Of a stretch of DNA of 64,000 nucleotides, positions 14,501-26,450 are shown one piece after another. A program made the position numbers and the translations under genes. Under the pieces are notes generated by a model that worked only from the letters and a program-made list of their open reading frames with translations, did no database searches and was not told the DNA's origin. Position 1 is the stretch's first letter. The number at the start of each line of letters is the position of its first letter. This DNA is from Octopus vulgaris (lineage: Eukaryota): assembly GCA_951406725.2 (NCBI GenBank), contig OX597819.1, forward strand, positions 56,668,001-56,732,000. Reading direction: 5' to 3'.

Positions 14501-15697
14501 GTATGTGTATGTGTTTTTATACGTATCTGTGATCAGGTGCAGTTTCTATATTGTGTCTTAAGACACAGTATATAATAACTGCATCAGATTTGGGATTCAT
14601 ACAGATGATACATTCGTAACTGACAAATATTTTATCTTTCTGTTCTTATCATTTAGTGAGCCCCAGTGCATATATTTACAAACTTTTTACGTGATTCTAA
14701 AGAGTATTAAATCCCATAACTATCTGCACATATATTTTTCACATTTATATTTGCTGAGTGTATATTGTATGTAATTTGCATTTGCTTAGAAATTTTCACA
14801 TTTGCACGGTTATTTAACTGTTCATAAGTGTAGATATATGGAATGAAATATGCAGCAAGAATTCTGGTAGAAACATTAGATTTTCTGTATCAATGTTGCA
14901 TAAATCTCACATCTGTTTCGTAAATTTTGTAATTTCAATTCTTCTCTTATATAATTTATAAATACATGCATTCATCAAACCTTGGGAATAAAATCTTGAT
15001 ATTTGAATTCTACTTGAGTGCATGTTTTATTTATATTTTCCTGATTAGCATCTATAATCATCTATAATGCATTGCGAGTCTTTCAAAGTGGAAATAACAA
15101 AGGAATATCGATTTATAACTTTGGTAAAATGTTAACAATTTCTAGGAAGGAAAAGTCGATTGAATCAAGCACCATATTTGGCTGGTATTTATTTTATCGT
15201 TAGCAGATGAATGAACGGCAAAGTCTCTGAAGGATATTTTGCGTGCGTAAAAGTAATTTACTTTTCTAATATAGGAATAAATGTTCATATCTTCTAGGGC
15301 GAGATATTGGCGATTTGATCCACTGCTGTAGTTCGATAGAAGGAGTAAATGTAAAAGACACTTGTGGTGGTATTCGATTGGATGTACCAAGTGAAACCTC
15401 TTCTATCGTGCTCTAATAATGTTTTCTTCGAAAGACATAACGGATATACCCAGAAAGCGCCTAAAGATAGCTTGAAGTGTTCTTGGATGGTTTTATGTGC
15501 ACCTCACTATCTTTCTCTTCCACGAGTTCGCAAATTCTTCGCTCAAACCTGCTCTATTTCTGTGAAGAGAGAAATGCAGTGAGTGTCCTTCTCCATGCTT
15601 TTCAGAGCTAAGCATAGCAGTATAGTTCTATATATTTATGTACACTATTTACATTATTTACATTCGACGGATATTTGTCCTCATCTTGTTTGTTGTT

Positions 15698-15740
15698 AAC
15701 ACAACGTTTCGGCTGATATACCATCCAGCCTTCAGGTGTT
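15698..15740 (-). ncRNA. Minimal hammerhead ribozyme motif (3-nt core deletion)
   Basis: Minus: aacac-ctga[tga missing]a-ggctg-gatggtatat-cagcc-gaa-acgt-t-gtgtt. Stem I, stem II and the palindromic stem III are intact. Confidence 0.65.
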
Positions 15741-15808
15741 TTGGGGAAATTTCGAACCTGGGTTCTCATTCCTAAGGTATTTTTCGATATTATTATTATT
15801 ATTATTAT

Positions 15809-17167
15809 TCAGTAGTTTTATTTTTATAGCGTGCTTTCACTTCACTACCGAGCGCAGCTCTGTGTGCCTTGGGTATGTGCTGTGATTTGTTGTGATGCTC
15901 TGATGGTTATTGTATGGAAAGTGTTCTGCGTAGGATGTGTGCAGTGCCTAGTAGTGCAATTTTCTGTATGTTATATGTGCTTGTAAGTCCTGGTGTTTTT
16001 GTTATGTATTTGTCTGAATATTTTTTTATCATGCCTAATGCACCTACTATGATAGGAATTGTTTCTATTTTCAGATTCCACATTCTAGTTACCTCTATTT
16101 CCAGGTCTTTGTATTTTGAGAGTTTCTCCATTTCTTTTAGAGACACGTTGTCATCAGCCGGTATTGATACATCAATTAGAAAGCATTTTTTTTCTTCATG
16201 ATCTCTGACAACTATATCTGGTCTGTTGGCCTTAATTTCTCTATCTGTGTGTATCGGCATATCCCAGAGTATGGTTGCTTTCTCGTTTTCTGTGACCTTT
16301 TCTGGTGTGTGCCTATACCATCTTTTTTCTGTTGTTATTCCATAATGTTGGCATAGCTTCCAATGTATGTAGGTTCCAACTCTGTCATGTCTGTGAATAT
16401 ATTCCTTCTTGGCCAGGACTGGGCAGCCAGAGATAATATGATTTATTGTTTCTTGTCCATCTCCACATATTCTGCAGTTACTTGTAATATTTCTTTTCAT
16501 TACATGTTTTTGGTAATTTCTGGTGGGGAGGCTTTGGTCTTGTGCTGCAATTAAAAATCCCTCTGTTTCTGCTTTGAGTCCTGAGCTTCTCAACCATTGC
16601 TGGGATTTTTCTTTGTCTATTTCTTTTGCGTTTAGTTTAGTCCAGTATTTACCATGAAGGGGCTTTTCTTGCCATCGTTTTATCATGGTTCGTTGCTGTT
16701 CTACTTTTAGTTTGGATTTCATTTGTTTTATAGCTTTTGTTGTTTCTTCATCTCCTTCTTCTTCTTCATGTTTATTTGGTGGTATGATTTCTTGTTTGTA
16801 TTTGTCAGCTTCCTTAAATACTGAGAACAGCTTTTTGTTTTGCTCGTGTTTTGCTGCTATCTGGATCAGTTTTCCTTCCTTCTGAAGTAGATATTTTTGC
16901 AGTCCTATGGTGGTTATTTTATAGTAGTTTTCCAGCTGTATAAGGCCTCTACCACATTCTATACGTTGTATATATAGTCTTTCTATGTCAGATTTTGGGT
17001 GATGCATCCTAGATCCAGTCATTATTTTTCTTGTTTTCCTATCTATTTTGGTCAGTTCTATCGGTGTATTTTTCCTATCGGTGTATTTTCTATCGGTGTA
17101 TTTTTCCTATCTATTTTGGTCAGTTCATTTCGTGTCCAGTTAAGGATGTTGTAGCTGTAACTTATAA
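15809..17167 (-). mobile_element. 5'-truncated young R4/Dong-clade RLE LINE inserted in (TAA)n
   Basis: Flanked by (TTA)n on both sides. Intact C-terminal ORF followed by a 3' UTR of about 100 nt. Confidence 0.93.
15907..17022 (-). CDS. C-terminal part of RLE-LINE polyprotein (thumb, CCHC zinc knuckle, restriction-like endonuclease); partial
   Basis: RLY..R..GRGL; ETEGFLIAAQDQ; CRICGDGQETINHIISGC (CCHC); RHD; RPDIVV...LIDVS...EKLSKYKDL (PD-(D/E)xK); IIVGALG. 371 codons without a stop. Confidence 0.9.
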   Translation of the reverse strand: MTGSRMHHPKSDIERLYIQRIECGRGLIQLENYYKITTIGLQKYLLQKEGKLIQIAAKHEQNKKLFSVFKEADKYKQEIIPPNKHEEEEGDEETTKAIKQMKSKLKVEQQRTMIKRWQEKPLHGKYWTKLNAKEIDKEKSQQWLRSSGLKAETEGFLIAAQDQSLPTRNYQKHVMKRNITSNCRICGDGQETINHIISGCPVLAKKEYIHRHDRVGTYIHWKLCQHYGITTEKRWYRHTPEKVTENEKATILWDMPIHTDREIKANRPDIVVRDHEEKKCFLIDVSIPADDNVSLKEMEKLSKYKDLEIEVTRMWNLKIETIPIIVGALGMIKKYSDKYITKTPGLTSTYNIQKIALLGTAHILRRTLSIQ

Positions 17168-17168
17168 C

Positions 17169-17227
<59 letters not shown>

Positions 17228-17252
17228 GCTGTTGTTGTTGTTGTTGTTGTTG
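17168..17252. repeat. (TTA)n/(TTG)n microsatellite
   Basis: Directly visible. Confidence 0.95.
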
Positions 17253-17489
17253 TTCAGGTCACTGCTGGGAATCGAACTCGGAATTTTGGCGTTAGTAGCC
17301 CGGGAGTGAATTTTAGGCCTTATAAATCTAATATTTTCTATCCTTCCTTAATACCGGTTCGCATAGGCTGTTCATATCTGCACTCGGTCTGCTTTGGAGG
17401 TTATTGTGTCCTAGCATATGTGCTGCTTCTTTTAGTTTTCGTATTTTCCAGTGGTGTTCTCTGTCTATTATTTTAACTTCATTAGTCAA

Positions 17490-18160
17490 CTGCTCATAAG
17501 TTCCCCGAATAAGGTTTGTTTAAGGATGATGAAAAAAAACACCTATATTTCCAGAGGAGATTTATTCAGATCCCAAAAGAAATCCTCGAAACACATGGCT
17601 TCGATGCTCCCCCACTATTTCTCCTCGCAGTCAGAGATGCAAATATCATCAGCAATTAAGATACGTGCTCAAATGGTTAAAATCAATTAACAGAGAAGCA
17701 AATCTGTGGTATTGGGCCGAATATATGTTGTAGGCCATTTTTTATACAAAGACAAAAGATTTCCAGTCAGTTAAGATGAGAAGCCTGGTGCTGCATCAGG
17801 GCAGTGATAAGGGTATATCAGGGACATACTTCATAACCATATGTACGCGACATTGTGATCTCATAGATAGACATCGCATGAGGTTGCAGATGGGGTTCAA
17901 TTAAAATTTTCTTCACGTCGAGTAGCCCATCCTGCTCAAATAGTCCCTGAATAAAGTTTGTTTAAAGATGATGACCAAAAGACCTTATGATTCCAGGGAT
18001 GAATTATTCAAAGCCCATAGAGTTCCTCTCAAAACATGGCTATAATGCGACCCCAATACACCCGTTCGCTATGAGAGATACACATATCAATCACTAAGGG
18101 ACATGCTCAACTGGTTAAAGTCAAGCAACTGATAAGCAACTCTGTGGTATTCAGCATTAT
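17490..18160 (-). mobile_element. Two degenerate partial copies of ~550-bp repeat family C
   Basis: Align with 33400-33919 ('ctgaataagggttgtttaaggat...gctcccccactacttctgctc...aaatctgtggtattg'). Confidence 0.75.
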
Positions 18161-18162
18161 CA

Positions 18163-18371
18163 TTCTTTTATGCTTTTATTTGTTTCAGTCATGGGACTGC
18201 AGCCATGTTAGAGCTCGCCTTTAGGCAAACAAATCGACCCCAGGACTTATTCTTTGTAAGACTACCTATTTATTCTATCGGTGTATTTTGCCGAACCGCT
18301 TGGTTACGGGGACGTAAACACATCAACATATGTTGTCAAGCGATGGTGGGGTATCGAAAACTGACGTACAA

Positions 18372-18412
<41 letters not shown>

Positions 18413-18600
18413 AATATGTGTGTGTGTGTGTGTATACGACATGCTTCTTTCAGTTTCCGTCTACCAAATCCACTCACAAGGCTTTGGTCGGCCCGAGGCT
18501 TTAGTAGAAGACACTTGCCCAAGGTGCTACGCAGTAGGACTGAAACCGGAACCATTTGCCTGGTAACCAAGCTACTTACCACACAGCCACTCTTGCGCCT
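18163..18600 (-). mobile_element. SINE family A, full length
   Basis: Minus 5' end aggcgcaagagtggctgtgtggtaag (A box), ggttccggtttcagtcc (B-box-like), internal (CA)/(TA) tract, and 3' tail 'gactgaaacaaataaaag'. Confidence 0.88.
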
Positions 18601-18601
18601 A

Positions 18602-18665
18602 AAAAATATGGTACGCTTCATGAATTTGCGTGTCATCCTTACGCAAGGGCCATGCTAATCTTCTC
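18602..18665 (-). pseudogene. RNU6: U6 snRNA 3' fragment (about nt 44 to the end)
   Basis: Minus: gagaagattagcatggcccttgcgtaaggatgacacgcaaattcatgaagcgtaccatattttt. Four mismatches in 64 nt to the conserved metazoan U6 sequence as recalled. Confidence 0.93.
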
Positions 18666-18737
18666 AAGATAAACAGCGCATGAACTTGCAGGTAGGGCTC
18701 AGTTAAAATTTCTTCAAGTCGAGTAGCCCATCATGGC

Positions 18738-18845
18738 TATATGTTTGCCTTTTGCTTTATATTTGTACAAGTTGACTTCAAGTCTCTCCCAGAGATTTCA
18801 AGAGATAACTATTTATACTTTCAAGTTGGTGTTATGATTAGGGTA
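18738..18845 (-). mobile_element. Dong-type LINE 3' UTR fragment
   Basis: 'atgtttgccttttgctttatatttgtacaagttgacttcaagtctctcccagaga' matches 7290-7360 and the reverse complement of 41900-41969. Confidence 0.7.
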
Positions 18846-18847
18846 AT

Positions 18848-19075
18848 AGGTGGCGAGCTGTCAGAATCGTTAGCACGCCGGGCAAAATGCTTAGCGCGAT
18901 TTCGTTCGTTTTATGTTTAGAGGTCAAATTATGGCGAGGTCTACTTTGCCTTTCATCGTTTCGGGATCGATGAAATAAGTACCCTTTACACACTGAGATC
19001 GAAATAATCAACTAGCCCCTTCCTCAAAATTTCAGGCCTCATGCATATAGGTAGAAAGGATTATTATTATCATTA
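18848..19075 (+). mobile_element. SINE family B
   Basis: 'ggcgagctgtcagaatcgttagcacgccgggc...actttgcctttcatc...gtagaaaggattattatt'. Reverse complement of copies at 35755-36155, 37790-37998 and 42340-42950. Confidence 0.8.
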
Positions 19076-19304
19076 TTCTTATATCGGTAGATTCCTGCAA
19101 GTTCCTATTATACTTGTCTATTCCTGAGATGGATGTGGATGTAGATTTGTGCTCTTATATTTCTTGTTACACTATATTAGTGCGTTCTGTTGTGGGTTTT
19201 ACTTTCTTGTTTCTTGTCATAATAGTCTTCGTTCTATTCTGCGTGGAGTGAGTAATGCAGGTTATTTTATTACTTTAATTCCTTGTTATTATTATTCTTT
19301 CCAT

Positions 19305-19354
19305 TATTGTCGTCGTCGTCATCATCACCATCGTCGTCGTCATCATCATCATCA

Positions 19355-19407
<53 letters not shown>

Positions 19408-19422
19408 ATCGTTGTCGTCGTG
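19305..19422. repeat. (TCG/TCA)n trinucleotide tract
   Basis: Directly visible. Confidence 0.92.
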
Positions 19423-21211
19423 TTTTGTCTTGCACAGAAATCTCTCGTGTTGGTCTCGAAGAAATTGGATTATTACCAACTTTTTCTGGATGAAATATTT
19501 TCTCCTTTTGGATTATATTTTCAACAGAAGTCTTTGGAACATTTCAATGCACAATCTGTTCATTGAAAATATTGTTTGTCCTTAGACATTTTCAGATCAT
19601 ATTTCGTAAACAAGTTTCTAAGAATTCGGAGAAAAATGTTGAAAATGATGATAAAAAAATGTATTTACAAAGTTAAACAAATAGGAGTGATGATGATAAT
19701 AGTACAAACAGACGTAGCTAGAAAGAAAAATATTAAGACTTTGATAAATGCCCAGAAAAACAAGAATTCTTCCAGCGAATGCATTTGTAAACAATGACTT
19801 TTCAAACTAAAACATGCACAAGTATTGATAACAATAAATGTAACACAGAGACGATACACAATATCATTTCTGCTGGTCTGACGAGCGAGGGAGAAATATT
19901 AGTCATGAATCAATTCTATCCCAAAATGTAGGCCGTGAGATAGTTAAACTAAAGTTCTGTTTTCTTACTTTGCTGTCGAAGTCAAGGAGGGAAGAAATAT
20001 AAATGTGTCTGTAGGGAAATAGTCGTGTCCAATATATGCTCAAAATAGGAAGCAAAAGAAGCTCTGGTCGATGTATGGTGTGCATATTTTATCGAAGCAA
20101 GCCAACAGGCTGCCAATAAGTTGGTGCCGTAATTCATGGAGCGACGTAAGACAATAATTGTACCATAAGATATTGATAATGAATGTCGATACTTAGAATA
20201 TCGTATCCGTTGCCGCTCAATAGGACTCAGTGGTCAGCCCCGAAGTAATCTGGAATGAAATTTGTTCGTGTGGACTTTTCATAGAGATAGAGATCCTGAA
20301 GATCACTGAGATATCCTAGAGCTGAGATTTCTCTTGATTGTGGAAATGAAAGCATTGAGTTTCGTGATACAGCTATTATACATTTGAGTGGTGTAACTGT
20401 TTAAAGTATTTCTAACTAAGAGAAACGGAAATGCTTTGAAAGAAAGTAGCACTCAACAGAGACAAAAATAAAGAATAAATTTGGTAAGAGAAATTGTTGC
20501 CTCCTGAATAGTACCAGTTCGATCACTATTGGAGTTTTGAGGATGTTGAAAGGAATCGTTTCGTTCACAATGCCAGAAAATGGTGGCGAGGAACTTCCTC
20601 CTCCATACCAGTTGGATCACTCCATTTTCTTGCAACAATGGGAAGCAGATAAAGGAAGGACATGAGTGATAAACTAACAGGAACAATGGGAAAGACAAAA
20701 AAGAAAAAAATAATAATGCTCTCACGTAAATTGTGAAATCATTTAGAAAATGAGCCAAGTATTTCATGAAGAACCCCTATCTGCAAGGAATTCTACGCAG
20801 GGAACGAACAAGACAAGAGCCGAGGATTCATTCATTCATTAGAAGAAAGCTCGAGAAGAAGTATGACAGAGAGAGAATATGAGTGAAAGGGAAGGTGATA
20901 TCTACTTACAATAGATTATAGAAATATATCAAACGAGTAATTTTTGCTGTACTTGACGCCTACAGCAGTATTCCTAAGAGCAATAATAACAGCAGCGGTA
21001 ATAGTGATGCTGGTGGTTATATAAATAGTAGTTGTAGTATTAGTTGTATTAGTAGTAGTAAACGGAGGAGAGACTGAATGTGGATACGACACGTACCACG
21101 GTAATGAGTACTGCGATGTACAAATATAACTCCTTAGGAATGAGACATTGAAAATAATATATCAATTCAGAAGTTGTGAATTGCGTTGAATGTATGTCTG
21201 CCCTTGCCTAC

Positions 21212-21262
<51 letters not shown>

Positions 21263-21271
21263 CATACACCC

Positions 21272-21304
<33 letters not shown>

Positions 21305-21344
21305 TATATACATATATATACGTATATATATATACATATATATA

Positions 21345-21392
<48 letters not shown>

Positions 21393-21393
21393 C

Positions 21394-21435
<42 letters not shown>

Positions 21436-21530
21436 TCACTCATTCTCTCTCTCTCACACACACATATATATATATAGAGAGAAGATAGATAGATAGATAT
21501 AGACAAACAGATAGACAGATAGATAGATAC
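21212..21530. repeat. (TA)n/(GATA)n microsatellite
   Basis: Directly visible. Confidence 0.95.
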
Positions 21531-21987
21531 AACGAATACTTGTAGGCGTACAAAGCAACCAGACAAATATTATAAAGACTCGCTTATATATGTGTATGTG
21601 TATATGCACAGCTAGGAATAAAACGTGAGTTACGAACTTTTCTCTGTTTTTAGGCAAGTTTAGCTAAGATCTGCAAATTACAAAAGTGTTAGATATTAGT
21701 GGACCCTTGTAAAATGCTTCGGGAAACAACAACGAAATCTACGTACACTACATTAGATACTTCAAGTGATTTTATAAATGAAGTAAATACCATCAAAGCC
21801 ACTTGATGATAACCTGATCTGTACGTAGTTGTCTCGAGTTGTACAGCGATATAATGTAATTTTAAAATTATGCTAGCACTTGCGGCGCTACGTTATCACT
21901 TGCAAATTGAATTCGTAATGATAACCATGTGTATGTCAATAGTTATGTAAATTCACTTACGAGAGTGCGTGTGATTTCATTTACAAT

Positions 21988-21988
21988 T

Positions 21989-22027
<39 letters not shown>

Positions 22028-22028
22028 G

Positions 22029-22089
<61 letters not shown>

Positions 22090-22093
22090 CATA

Positions 22094-22136
<43 letters not shown>

Positions 22137-22235
22137 CGCAAATATTTTTATATTTATTAGTATATATATGTGTAGGTATATATTTATTTGTATATATATA
22201 TATATATATAGGGAGAGAGAGAGAGAGAGAGAGTG
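21988..22235. repeat. (TA)n/(GA)n microsatellite
   Basis: Directly visible. Confidence 0.95.
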
Positions 22236-24134
22236 AATATATATGCATCTATGTGAAAATGTCTATAACGCTAATATGTTAGTTACGCGCGTGTCTCACT
22301 GTGCTTGTGTACACATAATTCCTTGTCTTTGATGATGGATAAGGTTTCTTTGTAGTGTTCAAATAAATCTAATTATAGACGTCATACATATGATTATAAT
22401 TTAGCATTTGCCCTGATCTTACAATTTCAATCAAGTGACAAAGTCTTTGTGCTAACAACCTAAATTTATTTAGTACTATGTAATAATCCAAAATATGCCA
22501 ATATTAGTCTGTTGCTTGTGTTTCATTGCTTTCCGTAGTAACAAGTAATCTGTTTCAATCCTACCAAAACAATACTACCAATAAATCATTACAGATTACT
22601 ATAGACGCTGTCATAATGACATAGATATATTTACAAAATTATAACATATGTTTTTGCCGATTTTATTTGGTAATTTTAGAAGGCTTACATACATATGCTG
22701 TATTTCGTGTGGCCGTTTTTTAAACTGTTCTATAGGAACTTAACTGACTGCGTAAAATATATTTATTACTGGTATCATTTTTTTTTTCAACACGGGAACG
22801 AGAATATCACGGCTATTATGAAAATATCGCCCTGTCGCTGATATTTCCCAGTGAGTCAGGAATGGCAGTACCTGCGAAATCCCTGTCTATTTTTGGACCA
22901 ATGAGGAGATCATTAATAGAATTTGTGAAAGACTCTCAAGATGCCTACACGCATATAAATGTACTTTCGCACAACGCAGTGGGGATGAATTTGAGTAACT
23001 GTTTTCATAATTTACTTCAAGGTATGGATGAATTAAGCTTCGCTTTAACCTCCTCATTCTTATAAAGACCAAAGAGCTATTTAACTCGCTTTGTGATAGT
23101 GAGTGCACGAAGCCACACGTGTGCGCATGCTTATGATTTTCGCAGATACATGTACGAGCGAGTGTGCGCACGCCATGCATCTTGCGCGGGGGCGTTTGTA
23201 TATCCATATCTGTTAGCGATAATTTTTAATACTTTTTTTTCGCTGTATTGCGTGTTAGTTTCTTTTTTGCATCTGTGATTTTATTTTTGATCTTCTCTAT
23301 AAATGAAGATATTTCTTTCGTTTTGCTGCTTTTCTTTCTTCGAAATGAGAAGATACATTGTGGAACTGTAATTTTAACGAGTTGCATCAATTTAGCACCC
23401 GATGTGATACATCTGCACCGCCAGATGCTCCTGAAGCAGTTGTTAAATGTTACACTCGTGAGAAATCGATGCTTGATGAGTCGAAACAATCTCGTATATT
23501 CCATCTACCGTCTTTCATTTACTAAATATATATATATATATCATCGGCCATATTTCTTTTCCTAACCTGAGTTTCTTTCTTTCCTTCCGATCAGCGGCAG
23601 AGATCAGACGCATTCTTGTCTGTCTCCTGTCAAAGCTTGTTCCTCCACTGTTCGCCACCTCACCTGGTTAAGGCTTAGCCGTCCTTTCTGTTTGTTTCAC
23701 TATCATGTTTTTGTTACCAAATTTGACCCTTCACAAAATCCAAAATTATATTTTGTCGAAAACGCATCTTGTCGTGAATTGCTCGAAATACGGAGTAGAA
23801 TAACTGCCGACAACTGATGAAGGGTCGTTCTTTATGTTGCTTGTTTTGATTTCTATTTGTTTATTACGTGGTTCACAAAAAACGTTCGTATTCCATATTT
23901 TCGTATTTCGTATGTCCTATTGATTTCGTATTTCATGTAGTTTAGGTTCTATGACGTCCAGTACCCATATATGCATATGAATATACATATGTATGTAAGT
24001 ATGTGCGTATATGTATATATATTATTTATATTATATATATTATATATATTACATATATAATATATATAAGTATATTATATATATAATTATATGATTGAAC
24101 GTCACGCATCAATTTCCAAGTAAGTTTTACCTAC

Positions 24135-24182
<48 letters not shown>

Positions 24183-24416
24183 ATACATACATACATATAT
24201 TTATATATGTGTGTGGATATATATGAGTATATATGTGGTGTCTGTGTATGTGTGTATGTATGTATATGTATATGGATGGATGTATATATATATGCTTGCA
24301 TCTCTCTCTTTATATATATTTATATATTCACACACATACACACATATATATATATATACATGCATATACATATACATAAACACATACATGCATACATACA
24401 TCTATAAATATATATT

Positions 24417-24570
24417 TATAAATACAGTATGCATTTAAACACATAAGCGGTATTCATCATGGGACTACCTGCATGCTAGAGAGGACAGTTAAATTTAACG
24501 GTCCTCTCTAGCGTGCAGGTAGTCCTATGATGGACACCTCTTATATATTTAAATGTACACTGTATTTATA
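24417..24570. repeat. 154-bp spacerless imperfect palindrome (MITE/foldback-like)
   Basis: 77-bp arms centred on gttaaa|tttaac at 24493/24494, e.g. ggactacctgcatgctagagaggac / gtcctctctagcgtgcaggtagtcc. Confidence 0.9.
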
Positions 24571-24694
24571 TGAATAATATATAGTATATTGACAAAATTT
24601 TTACACGCTAGGCCACTGATAATGGAAATTTCTATTTCCGATTACCCTTTGATATTATTAAATATATATATATATATGTATATGTATGTATATA

Positions 24695-24744
<50 letters not shown>

Positions 24745-24751
24745 CATACAT

Positions 24752-24803
<52 letters not shown>

Positions 24804-26000
24804 GCATATACATATACATATACATATACATATATACAATGCCCTTTATATATAAGAGCGCACCGCTTGTGGCGATATGCCGATTTTGATTGTTTTGACT
24901 TTTTTGATTTCTGCTCGAGAAAAAATGTCTCGCCACGAATGTGTTTTATTTCCTTATTATTTAAATACAATAATGTAAGGAATTACTAAGTTTTATATAT
25001 TTATTTAAGTCTGCTTCTTTTGATTTTCTCGTTTCAACACTGAAGTCATTAATATTCCTAAATAGAAACCGACATCATGCTTTTAGTCGAATTTCTTCAG
25101 TATGAAATGATTACGCAAATATTGCATACATTATTTAAGAGAAGTTCCTAGGGGTCTACCTTCCTACCTACACTCATGCACACACACACAACCCCACCCC
25201 CACATACCCAACCCCACCCACACACACATACACAAACGTACACACACGTATACGTATATGACTGTGTGGTATAAAGTTTTCTTCCCAACTACACACGGTT
25301 CTGGTCTCAGTCCCACAGCGTGGCCGCCCGGTTAAGTATATATATATATATATATATAAATTTTAGTCCATGTAATTGGAAGAAATTTTGTAAATGAATC
25401 AACAAGTAGAAAAATCAAAGAGGATGTAATTGGTGATAGTTATTATTCGGGACAGAGTAGGTAATTGCTCATTGTTTTCGGGTGGGATAATAAATAATAA
25501 TAAAAACTCAAACGCTAAAGTAGTGAGATGAAATGTTTACAGTGTTGGGCATGGGATCATGAATTAAAATATAACTGAGACCAAAGTTGGTTATATGTTT
25601 ATATTTAAACGTGTTCTGTATTTTTCAATAAATGTATTTTCTTTAAGCGTTCTTATACAGAAATTGTTTCTTTGCAAATGAAAATGGTGAAAACTGTGAA
25701 GTTGAGTTGATATTACCTGCTCATTCTATATGTATTCACTCAAAGGAATCTGTATTTTGGGAAACGGATGTGTTCCTTAAGGAACTGATCATTTTGTGTG
25801 TGTCCAAGAACATGGATACACCCGCAAACGAATACACACACACGCACATTCACACACGCACATAGACATACACACACAGACCGAACATTAAAAACTAAAT
25901 ATTAAATCGAACGTTAAAATAACAAAAACAAAATAACAAAGATGTATTTATTGGAATGTATTACCTAGACGCTCTGTAAAGGTGGGAAAAAAAGAGTGGG

Positions 26001-26036
26001 TTTTTGCGCTTCGAGCATCGCTCTTCGTCAGAAGCA
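26001..26036 (-). ncRNA. Degenerate minimal hammerhead motif (Penelope-LTR type)
   Basis: Minus: tt-ctgacga-a-gagc-gat-gctc-gaa-gcgc-a-aa. Core and stem II are good; stem III palindrome is GCGC instead of ACGT; stem I is weak. Confidence 0.45.
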
Positions 26037-26114
26037 GAAATAAAAGTCTAGAGAAGGAAGGAAAACGTCCAGGAACAGCACGTATGTGGTTACACGCTGA
26101 AATGTAAATATATC

Positions 26115-26182
26115 ATCAACATCATCATCATAATCATCCTCGTCTTTCATCCCCCTCCTCCTCCTCATCATCATCATCATCG

Positions 26183-26257
<75 letters not shown>

Positions 26258-26278
26258 CCACCATCATCATCATCATCG
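26115..26278. repeat. (CAT)n microsatellite
   Basis: Directly visible. Confidence 0.95.
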
Positions 26279-26299
26279 TTTAACGCCCGTCTTCCATAC

Positions 26300-26450
26300 A
26301 TGGGCTTCTTTCACTTTCCATCTAGCAAATCCGCTTACAAGGCTTTTGTCGGACCGAGGCTATTGTAGTAGACAGTTGTCTAAGCTGCCACGCAGTGGAA
26401 CTGAACCCTGGAAGCATGTTGCCGGGAAGCTAACCTTTTACCACACAGTC
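26300..26450 (-). mobile_element. SINE family A, 5' part
   Basis: 'gggcttctttcactttcc...cgaggctattgtag...gcagtggaactgaaccc...ttaccacacag'. Confidence 0.7.

Larger units (their letters stand above)
15640..17302 (-). mobile_element. tRNA-head / (TAA)n / hammerhead-tail element, copy 1, interrupted by a Dong LINE
   Basis: tRNA-like part at 17253-17302 (minus: cgggctactaacgccaaaattccgagttcgattcccagcagtgacctgaa, with B box) and tail at 15640-15790, both matching the copy at 33201-34220. Confidence 0.75.

Noticed and set aside
18602-18665. Functional U6 gene
   Set aside because: The first ~43 nt, including the 5' stem-loop and part of the ACAGAGA box, are missing, and the upstream sequence is a repeat.
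19870-19905. ctgacga...gaaatatta hammerhead-like words
   Set aside because: No stem II or stem I pairing.
19980-20900. Possible L1/Tx1-like remnant or host exon
   Set aside because: No recognisable motif or open frame with splice sites could be supported.
23780-23830. Permuted hammerhead (ctcgaaa...ctgatgaaggg)
   Set aside because: Core words are present, but stem I and the A15.1:U16.1 closure of stem III cannot be formed.
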